From positions 1 to 25,075 of the IMG/VR virus record IMGVR_UViG_3300035492_000019: a DNA stretch of 25,075 bases. One strand, given 5' to 3'. The stretch comes from a virus. Taxonomy: Duplodnaviria > Caudoviricetes. Numbering within the stretch: position 1 is the stretch's first letter; each line of letters opens with the position of its first letter. A program made the position numbers and the translations under genes. Of the stretch, positions 6,533 through 14,882 are shown in pieces. A model generated the notes under the pieces. It saw only the letters and a list, made by a program, of their open reading frames with translations, did not search any database and was not told the origin of the DNA.

Positions 6533-7978
6533 TTATGAAATTGTTATATTAATATTTGCTGAGTCAAGAGAAGCAATTTCATTATAAGCCATTGTAATAT
6601 TTGATGTTCCAGTTGGAGAAGGAGATAACCCAATAGTCAAGCTATCAATTTGGTGTCCTTGAATTGTATTGATTGGTGTATATAGACGACTGTAAACTAC
6701 AGTTTCTCCAATACTGAAATTGTTTTCAAAGTATTCAATCAATGCTGCTTTAATTTTTTCAACACCATTAGCAGGGAAATCATCAATATTTGTTGTCAGA
6801 GTTATATCAATATAAATAGGGATATTAATGGGTCTTTCAAAAAATATATCTCTTGTAAATCCTTGACTGTCTGTTACCGGGGTTGATGTATTACCTCTTG
6901 AAGCAATACCTAGTGGTTTGTTTATCCAAATAGTTTTTCCAATTTCAATTGGGTTTCCACCAAGAATGATTGGTTTAAAACTATGTGGTGTTAAATCATA
7001 GACAGGATCATATGTTGCAGTTTCATTTTCATAAACACGAACATATTGAACACCATCTAATGCCACAAGAGAAGAATACAAAGCATCCGAAATATTTTGA
7101 GCACGTAGAAATTTACTTTCTCTAAATCTAAAACGTAGTGCATCATCGGTTTCTTGATATCTGCCTGTGATCGCTGGGAAAGGATTATTAACACTATCCC
7201 ACCCGAGAATTGGAGTGGCAATTGAATTAATGCTATTTGCGGGTTGTTCAATCACTCCTGTTTCTTGACAAACAACTTCTGTCTTTCCTTTTATTTTGTT
7301 TGTTGAAAGATTGGAAACTGTAAATCCGAAATAATCATTAATATCAACAGATTCTACAGTCAGTGAATTACCATTAACCACTGCCGTAAAAGATGGATAT
7401 AGTGAAAAACCACTTTGTAATCCTTCCAAAACTTGAACAAAAGTGTCTCCGCTTAGTGCTGTATATGACACTGTAAACGTTGTTTGGTCGTTTGTAATAA
7501 TTATTGAATACGTTGTTCCAACAACTACAGAACTTGTTTTTACAGAGAATCCTATGCAACGATCAGATGTTAATTCTGTGCTAACTAATACATCATATAA
7601 ATTATTATCATTTGATCGTACAACTGAAGTGACTGCTGGAATAAAAGTATTCTGATCACCCCATAAAACAACAGTTGCTTGTGTTGGAGAAGCTGGCTCT
7701 CTTGTTAAACCACCAAGGGCAACTAAATTATCAAGAGCAATTCCAGTAGCACTATTTGGATCAAAAGCAAAATAAACTTGTTGTGTTGCTTCCCAAAGAT
7801 CAGCAATTGGTCTGGAAAGAAGTGCTGTTAATCTGCCAATTGTGCTGGAATTTGATGTATCAATAACATCACCGGGAGGCACAAGGTCTTGAAAAATAGG
7901 CTGTGCATCAGCCCTCATATCTTCTACAACTTGTGTTAATCTTTTTATTTCAATACCGTTCTCATTTAACCCCGCCAT
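6533..7978 (-). CDS. Baseplate J-like wedge protein
   Basis: FDPNSATGIALDNL..L.GLTR, G...ETDDALRFR and VRVYEN motifs. Confidence 0.9.
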   Translation of the reverse strand: MAGLNENGIEIKRLTQVVEDMRADAQPIFQDLVPPGDVIDTSNSSTIGRLTALLSRPIADLWEATQQVYFAFDPNSATGIALDNLVALGGLTREPASPTQATVVLWGDQNTFIPAVTSVVRSNDNNLYDVLVSTELTSDRCIGFSVKTSSVVVGTTYSIIITNDQTTFTVSYTALSGDTFVQVLEGLQSGFSLYPSFTAVVNGNSLTVESVDINDYFGFTVSNLSTNKIKGKTEVVCQETGVIEQPANSINSIATPILGWDSVNNPFPAITGRYQETDDALRFRFRESKFLRAQNISDALYSSLVALDGVQYVRVYENETATYDPVYDLTPHSFKPIILGGNPIEIGKTIWINKPLGIASRGNTSTPVTDSQGFTRDIFFERPINIPIYIDITLTTNIDDFPANGVEKIKAALIEYFENNFSIGETVVYSRLYTPINTIQGHQIDSLTIGLSPSPTGTSNITMAYNEIASLDSANINITIS

Positions 7979-7987
7979 GATATTCCT

Positions 7988-8344
7988 TTATATTGTTATG
8001 ATAGGAGATATTTGTCCTCCTTGTGTTCTCACCTGAAAAGAACAAGAATATGCTCTTTTAGAATTTTCATATGTTGAAGAAAAATTAACTACTTGTTGAA
8101 CACCATTCTCTGATAAAATTTGTTCTTGTATAATAATATCTGCTGATGCTTTTCCATTCTTTTGTCCAAGAATTCTTTCAAGCCAAGGAACACCATATGT
8201 CACATCCCACCACCACTCTCCAAAAAATGTTCTTAGACGAATATATAGTCTCTGTATCACCCTATCTATTTCATCTGAAGTGGTTGGGCATTCCCCATTG
8301 ATAAAAACAAGATCGTTTTTTTCTCTATTAAGAAGTAAATCCAC
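7988..8344 (-). CDS. Baseplate wedge / sheath initiator (gp25/W-like)
   Basis: QRLYIRLRTFFGEWWWDVTYGVPW motif; likely GTG start at 8344 after GGAGG (track start 8356). Confidence 0.8.
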   Translation of the reverse strand: MDLLLNREKNDLVFINGECPTTSDEIDRVIQRLYIRLRTFFGEWWWDVTYGVPWLERILGQKNGKASADIIIQEQILSENGVQQVVNFSSTYENSKRAYSCSFQVRTQGGQISPIITI

Positions 8345-8451
8345 CAATGCCTCCAAAAAGCGTTTAAACGCCCTCTACGGGCTTTTTATTATTGTGCCTA
8401 TGTCCTAATATCAATTATCAAACAAATTGAATATAGGGCTTTTAAATGTGT

Positions 8452-9447
8452 TTAGCTTCCAAACGGGTCTGTTCTATCTCCTCCAGAAACCACCCCACCG
8501 TGATACGACTTTTTATGTTTTACATACAGTGATTCAATTTCATTGTATAAGGATGAAATTTCACCAACAGAGCAAGTTTCTGTATATCCATCAGGCATAT
8601 CTATTCTCTCTATCGCCTTACCGAACTTAGACCTTATTATTGACTCATGGTCTCTACATATAAGTCCATCTTCGTAGAACCAGTCTAAAATTGGAATAAA
8701 AGTTAATCCTTTATTGTTAATATGCAGATTGGATAGTCTTTTGGATTTTACATTTGATATACCAAATTTAAAACCAATCTCTTCTCCTTGTTTAACCACT
8801 TTCAACACATAAAGGTGTGAACTTCTAAGAGGGTTAAAACCAAGTCTGGCACAATTAGGGCAAGAATATTTTCCACTCAAAACATTAGCCATATGAGATT
8901 TCCACACATTATCACACACCTCACATTTCAACCTAACCCAAGATGACGCTCTTATTTTATCTGTTGTTTGAGAGTGAAACCTGAATTTATTTTGTTTACC
9001 AATGATGTTTATTCTTTCTATATACTCCTGATCTGTATATCTCTTTTGACCAGCACAACAAGGACACCCTCTCGCTATCTTACCGCAGAAATATGAAAAA
9101 GAAACATCCCACCTATGTAAGCAAGTTCTACATTCAACCGTGAATTTATCTCCTGAAGAGTTCAATTTGAGATTATCTTCAATGGGAAATATTCCCTTAA
9201 TCTCCGCAACTTCTTTCACCCTTTCAGCCTTTCTTTCGGGTGATTTGTAATAATTTCTTCCGCACTTACAAGGTTTCTGTCCAATAAATATCTTAGATGG
9301 GCTAGTGTGTGTTTCTGCAAGACATGTTTTACACTTAATCAGAATTTTGTGATCTATAGAAGACCCGCTATCCTTCAAAATTAAATAATTAGAACCAAAC
9401 TCATTGGCTCCCTTGCTGTTTGGAAATTTATCGAATAAAGTTATCAT
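8452..9447 (-). CDS. Free-standing putative homing endonuclease (repeated CxxC zinc ribbons plus GIY-YIG/T5orf172-like C-terminal domain)
   Basis: Three Cys-rich units (CKTC..CKC, CRTC..CPCC, CEVC..CPNC), then HLYVLKV..FKFGIS...RL and DGYTET; interrupts the baseplate operon; ATGA overlap with the spike stop. Confidence 0.75.
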   Translation of the reverse strand: MITLFDKFPNSKGANEFGSNYLILKDSGSSIDHKILIKCKTCLAETHTSPSKIFIGQKPCKCGRNYYKSPERKAERVKEVAEIKGIFPIEDNLKLNSSGDKFTVECRTCLHRWDVSFSYFCGKIARGCPCCAGQKRYTDQEYIERINIIGKQNKFRFHSQTTDKIRASSWVRLKCEVCDNVWKSHMANVLSGKYSCPNCARLGFNPLRSSHLYVLKVVKQGEEIGFKFGISNVKSKRLSNLHINNKGLTFIPILDWFYEDGLICRDHESIIRSKFGKAIERIDMPDGYTETCSVGEISSLYNEIESLYVKHKKSYHGGVVSGGDRTDPFGS

Positions 9448-10271
9448 TCATTAAATCTTCCTGTTCGGTCTGGGCCTGATGTGACACCCGAATGGTCGTG
9501 ACTCTCTACAGGTGTTCCATTAAGAACTAAACTTCCTGTCATCTCAAATGTTGCATCCATTGTTGCACTGGCAGTAGCAGACATTGCAATAGACCCAGAA
9601 TTCACAGTAAATGCTCCAGAAGTTGCTGTAAAATCACCATTGACAGTGGTATTCCCATTAATCGTATTTTCTGGACAATTAATTGTTGTTGTGCTATCAG
9701 CATTAATCTCTGCATCTATACAATTGACTGTTACTTTTGTTGGAGAATTAACTATGACATCGCCATTAGGTTTTAACCTTATTTCAACTTCAGCTCCACT
9801 ACCTATGTTATGCACCAAGACAACATCATTGACATCATGAGAATTAACTCTGCTAGAAGGATTATTTCTTGATTCAGGAAATGGAAATATTCCCGGAATA
9901 GCAACGCAATCTTTAATATCAAATTTCCTATTATCAGAAGGTGTTACAGGATAGCCATTCCCTCTTTTCCAAATGTCTATTCCTCTCATTGAGAACATAA
10001 GAAAAACAGGTGTTCCTACAGAAATTGGATAGGTTAATCCACCATCTTTTGTTAAAGGCATGTGTAAAGGAACATTTAAAATTACAGGGCGTTCTTCTAT
10101 ATTATCCCCATCTTCTGACCTAAGATTTAATGTTGGTTGGACATCAATTCTTTGCTCTGCTAGATTTTTAACAGAAACAACAATTGCTGGAATAGCTGTA
10201 TACATTTGAGAAGATTGATATTCAAATTGTGCAACTAACACTTCTTGCAGTGATGGTAGTCTTGTACTCAT
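9444..10271 (-). CDS. Baseplate central spike (gpV/gp138-like)
   Basis: OB-fold-like N-terminus, RKFDIKDCVAIPG, beta-helix repeats and C-terminal HxH (HDH) metal-binding motif. Confidence 0.9.
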   Translation of the reverse strand: MSTRLPSLQEVLVAQFEYQSSQMYTAIPAIVVSVKNLAEQRIDVQPTLNLRSEDGDNIEERPVILNVPLHMPLTKDGGLTYPISVGTPVFLMFSMRGIDIWKRGNGYPVTPSDNRKFDIKDCVAIPGIFPFPESRNNPSSRVNSHDVNDVVLVHNIGSGAEVEIRLKPNGDVIVNSPTKVTVNCIDAEINADSTTTINCPENTINGNTTVNGDFTATSGAFTVNSGSIAMSATASATMDATFEMTGSLVLNGTPVESHDHSGVTSGPDRTGRFNE

Positions 10272-11164
10272 TAGTCAACCTTTTGTCTAGCTATGATTGT
10301 GGAATACCACTGAGTTCCACGAAACTCACCAGCGTGAGTAACTTCAGACACTCTATAATATCCTGTCAAATCTTCAAATTCTAATTTAATAATACTACCA
10401 GCAATGATTTCTGGATTTAAAAGTATTTTAAATTTTAAATTATCTTTTTTATTTTTATTCTTCTTTTTGATTTTCTTTGAATCATTTGATATAAATTCTG
10501 GTCTTTCAATCAACCCTGAGAATTGTCCAACAGAATAAACCTCTTGTTTATTATCTGAATTACCATCTTCATCAGAGACATATAAAACACCCATATCAAT
10601 TTGCCATTCAATACCATAGGCTTTGGAAAGATCGTCTAAAATTTTCCTTGGAGTTCCAGAAATGGGGTATCCATCAATTAGTGATGTTTTAACTTTTTCG
10701 CCAGATATATCTTTTCTAGCAACTTCTGGAAGATAATTTGAAACAAAATTAATAACATCTTTTACAGTTTTTCCTGCTGGAATCAATCCCTTAATAGCTT
10801 GAGCATTCAATCTTTCATAAAGCTCATCAATTGTCAATCGTGTGATTAAATCTGTCCCCTGCCTTTTCGTAAGAAAAGGATCAATTTCTGTTGTAGAAAC
10901 ATTAACCACTTGTCCAGAGAATAATTCTTTTAATCCTGTATCTGAATAACCAACTTTCAAAGAAACCTGAACATAATCCTCTTCTAATGCTTTTCTTCTT
11001 GATTCAGAAAGATTGAATATTTCAACATAAGCATTATTCTTTTTATCTTTATTGCTTGATGTCTTTACAATATTGAAACGAATATTTAAATTATTAATTT
11101 CAACAGCATCTTCCTCTGTGCCAACAACGAGAGAATAAATTCTATTTCTTTGATAAGTGTCCAT
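10271..11164 (-). CDS. Baseplate hub protein
   Basis: VEIFNLS, VSLKVGY..LFSGQV, LLNPEI..G and HAGEFRG..WYS motifs; directly upstream of the spike. Confidence 0.8.
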   Translation of the reverse strand: MDTYQRNRIYSLVVGTEEDAVEINNLNIRFNIVKTSSNKDKKNNAYVEIFNLSESRRKALEEDYVQVSLKVGYSDTGLKELFSGQVVNVSTTEIDPFLTKRQGTDLITRLTIDELYERLNAQAIKGLIPAGKTVKDVINFVSNYLPEVARKDISGEKVKTSLIDGYPISGTPRKILDDLSKAYGIEWQIDMGVLYVSDEDGNSDNKQEVYSVGQFSGLIERPEFISNDSKKIKKKNKNKKDNLKFKILLNPEIIAGSIIKLEFEDLTGYYRVSEVTHAGEFRGTQWYSTIIARQKVD

Positions 11165-11488
11165 TTATTCCTCCGTTATGTAATATAGATTATAATATTT
11201 ACTTAGTTCAAAAGGGTTTGAAATTGTCTCATTTTTATTACCTCCAATAGGAGATAACCAAAGAAAACCATTAAATACATCTAAATAATCATACAACATG
11301 GGATATGATGGAACTAGGCAAACACCAAGAATAATAGGAGTCTTATCTGATAAATAAATATCCAAAATCCATTGTTTCATTCTTTCGTTATAATAAAACC
11401 TAAATCTATATGAAACCCTCTCTATTGTTACATTATAGAAATAATCCGATTCTTCGTACAAAGGAAGGAGAATACTTTTTAATGTCAT
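11165..11488 (-). CDS. Small baseplate (plug-type) protein
   Basis: YRFRFYYNER..QWILDI motif; lies between tube initiator and hub. Confidence 0.7.
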   Translation of the reverse strand: MTLKSILLPLYEESDYFYNVTIERVSYRFRFYYNERMKQWILDIYLSDKTPIILGVCLVPSYPMLYDYLDVFNGFLWLSPIGGNKNETISNPFELSKYYNLYYITEE

Positions 11489-12279
11489 GGTAAGCTCCTT
11501 GCTTTTGTTATTTGCCCTGTTGTACTTAATTCTTCAACATCTTCTGGGTTATTTGTACTAGATGTTGATGCTGTACCTTTATTCTCTTGTTTTTGTGTTG
11601 CTCGTGCATCTGCTGTTTTCTTTGCTGCCTTTGGAGCATTTGCTTTTTGTAGTGTGACAAATTTCACTTGCTCAAAAGAGGCATCAAAAAATAATTCTTC
11701 TCCGCTATCAGCATTTTCTTTGACTGAAAAAGAGGTTAAGATCAAATCTTTCATGAAAGGAAGCGGAGTGAGCCTTTCTATAACATAGATGGTGGCAGGA
11801 GTCATCTTATTTTCCCACCTCTTTTTATCTTCGTTATAATACAGTCCTGTAATAATTTCCCGCATCAAAATTTCAATAAAATCTCGATAGTTCACTCTTG
11901 ATCTTTGATCAACCTTCACATCTTGAGGGATAGGGGGAATAAACTGTGATATTGATCCCGGAATAAATTTTGCAAGGGATGATCCCATATCACTTACAAT
12001 AACAGGGGTTGGATAGTCATTTGCGTTTATTGCAAATAAATCATCTATTTTTATTTGTTTAGGATATTGAGAAAAATCAACGTGGGAGATAACACCAGAT
12101 ATTGTTATTTTAGGATTAGAAGATATAAAATGGTCTGTAACAGAAGCACCCGCTTCTATGGGGTGCTTTGTCACATCTCCGCTATATGTTCTATTAAAAT
12201 CTGTTGTAGCATCAATATAAATAACTCCCGATAGGGAATTAGTATTTGTGTCATCACCAAATTTAATAGCTAAAGACAT
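11485..12279 (-). CDS. Dit-like / tail tube initiator protein
   Basis: IDAT......VTKHPIEAGASVTDH...P..ITISGVIS motif; follows the tape measure. Confidence 0.8.
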   Translation of the reverse strand: MSLAIKFGDDTNTNSLSGVIYIDATTDFNRTYSGDVTKHPIEAGASVTDHFISSNPKITISGVISHVDFSQYPKQIKIDDLFAINANDYPTPVIVSDMGSSLAKFIPGSISQFIPPIPQDVKVDQRSRVNYRDFIEILMREIITGLYYNEDKKRWENKMTPATIYVIERLTPLPFMKDLILTSFSVKENADSGEELFFDASFEQVKFVTLQKANAPKAAKKTADARATQKQENKGTASTSSTNNPEDVEELSTTGQITKARSLP

Positions 12280-12289
12280 AATTCTCCTA

Positions 12290-13540
12290 TCAGAAATTAT
12301 AAAATGTATTTGGAAAAGTAGGCAGCATTGTACCCATTATTCTGTTTGTTGCTTCACTAATAGCATCGTGAGTTGCAGATTTTAAAGATTCCAAGTCTAT
12401 ATTTGACCCAACATCCCCGTATTTTATCTGGAAATTATTATAAACAACCATTGAATTACCCGGCATTCCTTTCACCATATTTACAGTGCTGGAAGGTATT
12501 TCATTGTTACTCATATTAGGAAGTAGTGGGCTTTTCCAAGACAGGGGGGTAGGAGTATAAGAAACCGGGTTTTGAATTTCTGGTTTTGTAAAATATGATC
12601 TTATACCATCTCCTATATATTTTCCCCAATTTTCAGGATTCCAAGGAGAGTTGTTAATATCTTCTAAAGAATTACTACCAATGGGCATACCAAACCAAGA
12701 AGCGTTGTTTCCTGATTGTTTCACTCTGTTGGATTCCATCTGTTGATAAAGCTCTTGAGTCCTATTTTTAATTTGCTCTCTTGGAACCTTAACACCTGTT
12801 CTTTGATAGGTAGACTCTGCCTCTTTTTCTGCTTGTGTTCTAGCTTTACCCATTGTTTCAATTTGAGCATTTCGTTCAACGAGAGCTTTAACACCGCCTT
12901 CATTATATGCTTGAGCTAAAGAGAACAAATTTCCCAAATCTCTCAGTAAGGGTTCAACAAAATCAGTTAAAAGACTGAATTCTTTTTTTAGATTTTTAAC
13001 AGATTTTGTGCTTTCATCCATTGAAGATGTTATATAAGATTTAATTTGTGAAAATGTTGTTTTAATTGTTGATAAAAATTCATTTTCACTTGATTTCCCA
13101 AATAATGCTGTTAGGAAATTACCTTTCTTTTCTGCACCAGAAAACCAATCAGAGATTTCTTTTGGTGCAAGCATAACTGCTGATAAATATAAAGAAGCTT
13201 TATAAAAAGCATTACCAAGATAATCTGCTGTATTTTTTGAATCTTTCATTAATTGTGCCCATGTATCAAAGAATGTTTTAACACCTTGAACACCACCAGC
13301 ACTCATGAAATTTTTAAAGAAATCTTCATTTCCTTTTGCTGCTCTACCACGACTCGCTTGAATTGATTCAAAGAAAGCACCAAGAAAAGGCTCTGCTCTT
13401 TTACCAAGTTCTTCGAAGAATAATGGAAGATACTTAAAAGCATCAACTTGTCCTGCTTTCATCATTTTTTCAAGTTTTGCTCTATCACCACCTGCTGCCA
13501 CCTTAGCCATAATATTTACGGCTTCCGGCATACCTTGCTC
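12290..13540 (-). CDS. Tape measure protein, exon 3 (416 aa)
   Basis: Begins GAG CAA GGT ATG CCG (EQGMPEAVNIMA) right after the terminal G of intron 2 and continues the tape-measure domain (KLEKMMKAGQV). Confidence 0.88.
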   Translation of the reverse strand, partial: EQGMPEAVNIMAKVAAGGDRAKLEKMMKAGQVDAFKYLPLFFEELGKRAEPFLGAFFESIQASRGRAAKGNEDFFKNFMSAGGVQGVKTFFDTWAQLMKDSKNTADYLGNAFYKASLYLSAVMLAPKEISDWFSGAEKKGNFLTALFGKSSENEFLSTIKTTFSQIKSYITSSMDESTKSVKNLKKEFSLLTDFVEPLLRDLGNLFSLAQAYNEGGVKALVERNAQIETMGKARTQAEKEAESTYQRTGVKVPREQIKNRTQELYQQMESNRVKQSGNNASWFGMPIGSNSLEDINNSPWNPENWGKYIGDGIRSYFTKPEIQNPVSYTPTPLSWKSPLLPNMSNNEIPSSTVNMVKGMPGNSMVVYNNFQIKYGDVGSNIDLESLKSATHDAISEATNRIMGTMLPTFPNTFYNF

Positions 13541-13783
13541 CAAAATTGTTCAAGATAGGTCGTTACTCTATCTCCGTAGAAAAATCTACTGCTCATAGTC
13601 GCCTATGAGTTCGGACTATATCTTATGTAATATTATTACATCTCCCCGCTTCGACCCACTTGGGTCTACTCCTATAAAAGGATAGTCTCTACACGTTCTA
13701 AATACAATATTTAGCTTCGCTCGGTATTACCTGCTTGAGGCTTCCACCGAATTCAAGGAGTTTTATAGTTGACCTAGCAATTA
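13541..13783 (-). ncRNA. Group I intron 2 of the tape measure gene (243 nt, no ORF, IA2-like)
   Basis: P1 GUUGGCU|...GGUCAAC with U.G at the splice site; P AAUUCGGUGGAA (13753-13742); R GUAGAGACUA (13692-13683); S AAGAUAUAGUCC (13624-13613); terminal G; P10 UUGCU/AGCAA; removal restores the frame. Confidence 0.92.
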
Positions 13784-13843
13784 AGCCAACTGCTGTCGCA
13801 ACTCTTCAGACTGAACTTTTCCCTTAGAAATCATTTGACTTAT
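13784..13843 (-). CDS. Tape measure protein, exon 2 (60 nt, 20 aa)
   Basis: ISQMISKGKVQSEELRQQLA, the conserved tape-measure motif QM.sKGkv..EEL.QQL; too short for the ORF track. Confidence 0.92.
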
Positions 13844-14882
13844 CTTTGTGTTCCCCACTGGTCGTTAATCAGTGGGCGTGTAAAAACACTGCTTTATATT
13901 TCTATAAAGAACGGACTATATCATCATCTCTTGTTTAGAGATGCGGGATTTTCAACCGCACTTGCGGTTTACGAGTAATACTCTAGTCTCTGACCCTTCC
14001 AACAAACTACAAGGTTTAAAAATATTCTTTAGATAACCACGCCCAAGTTTTCTTGGACTTGATGGATTTAATCAATGATGGTGTTATTGAATTCGAATTT
14101 GCCATCTTGACAATATCGCGATTTCTGTAACCTTCTTTGATTTTATTACATATCCATCTTGCTGTAACTTCAGATATTGATCTTTTTGAAATTACTAAAT
14201 CATATTGTGATGATACTTCTGTCCAAGTATTACCACGCCTTATATGTTTAACTGTGTCAATAGTTACACTAAGCTTTTCAGAAATTTCCTTATTTCTCAA
14301 TCCATCTTGGATTAATTTGCAAATTTCAATAGCTTGTTCTTTAGTTATCTCTGCCCTACAATTCTTTTTCCTATAAGGATCGAATTGTAAAGATTTTTCT
14401 ACATTCTCTTTTTCTGTAACCCATTCAAGATTTTCAACCCTGTTGTCATCCCTAACATGATTTATGTGATTAACAACGGGCTTGTTGTCAGGATTTGGTA
14501 TAAAAGTTTCTGCAACCAGACGATTAACTCTTTTGTGATGATATTTCAAACCATCCCACAAGTTGACCACCATATATCCATCCTGATTAATTTGAAGTTT
14601 TAATTTCTTCCCTTTTGTATTAAAAACTTCACCTTGCGTATTTACAAAATAATTGAAACCTTCTATTTGTTTTAACATAACTACCTCCTACTAAATTTTC
14701 GTGAGTAGTTTGTTGGAGTGGGTGCGGATTTTCCAATGTCTACAACTTTTTACCATACCTTGCGCATTACCGCAAGCCGCGTTTACTTTACAATAAATGT
14801 TTGGTATTGTAGACCTCTAAGGATGTTCCCGCAATTAACCCCGTTTTCATATAACATCACTGTTATATGGGCCTGTAAATTA
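13844..14882 (-). mobile_element. Group I intron 1 of the tape measure gene (1039 nt) encoding an HNH endonuclease
   Basis: P1 GGGCU|...GGCCC; P AAUUGCGGGAA (14836-14826); Q AAUCCGCA; R UCAGAGACUA (13993-13984); S GAUAUAGUCC (13922-13913); P3 CGGGGUU/AAUCCCG; terminal G at 13844; ORF enclosed by a 13-bp stem. Confidence 0.92.
14016..14678 (-). CDS. Intron-encoded HNH homing endonuclease (I-HmuI-like, NUMOD4-HNH)
   Basis: YFVNTQGEV, DGYMVVNL and RLVAETFIPNPDNKPVVNHINHVRDDNRVENLEWVT..EN; two tandem C-terminal helical repeats; SD AGGAGG. Confidence 0.92.
   Translation of the reverse strand: MLKQIEGFNYFVNTQGEVFNTKGKKLKLQINQDGYMVVNLWDGLKYHHKRVNRLVAETFIPNPDNKPVVNHINHVRDDNRVENLEWVTEKENVEKSLQFDPYRKKNCRAEITKEQAIEICKLIQDGLRNKEISEKLSVTIDTVKHIRRGNTWTEVSSQYDLVISKRSISEVTARWICNKIKEGYRNRDIVKMANSNSITPSLIKSIKSKKTWAWLSKEYF

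Noticed and set aside
8357-8382. Motif GCCC-N5-GG(G)CGYTTAAA(A)CGCT before an SD, similar to 20513-20536
   Set aside because: Only two gapped copies, and the second is mostly coding sequence of the 56-aa gene; not enough to call a regulatory repeat
8386-8420. Possible sigma70 promoter upstream of the baseplate wedge gene
   Set aside because: TTGATA is present but the -10 match is poor at correct spacing; expected by chance in AT-rich DNA
13541-13543. TTG start of a stand-alone 417-aa protein at 13543
   Set aside because: These are the last three intron nucleotides including the terminal G; there is no SD, and the sequence continues the exon 2 motif
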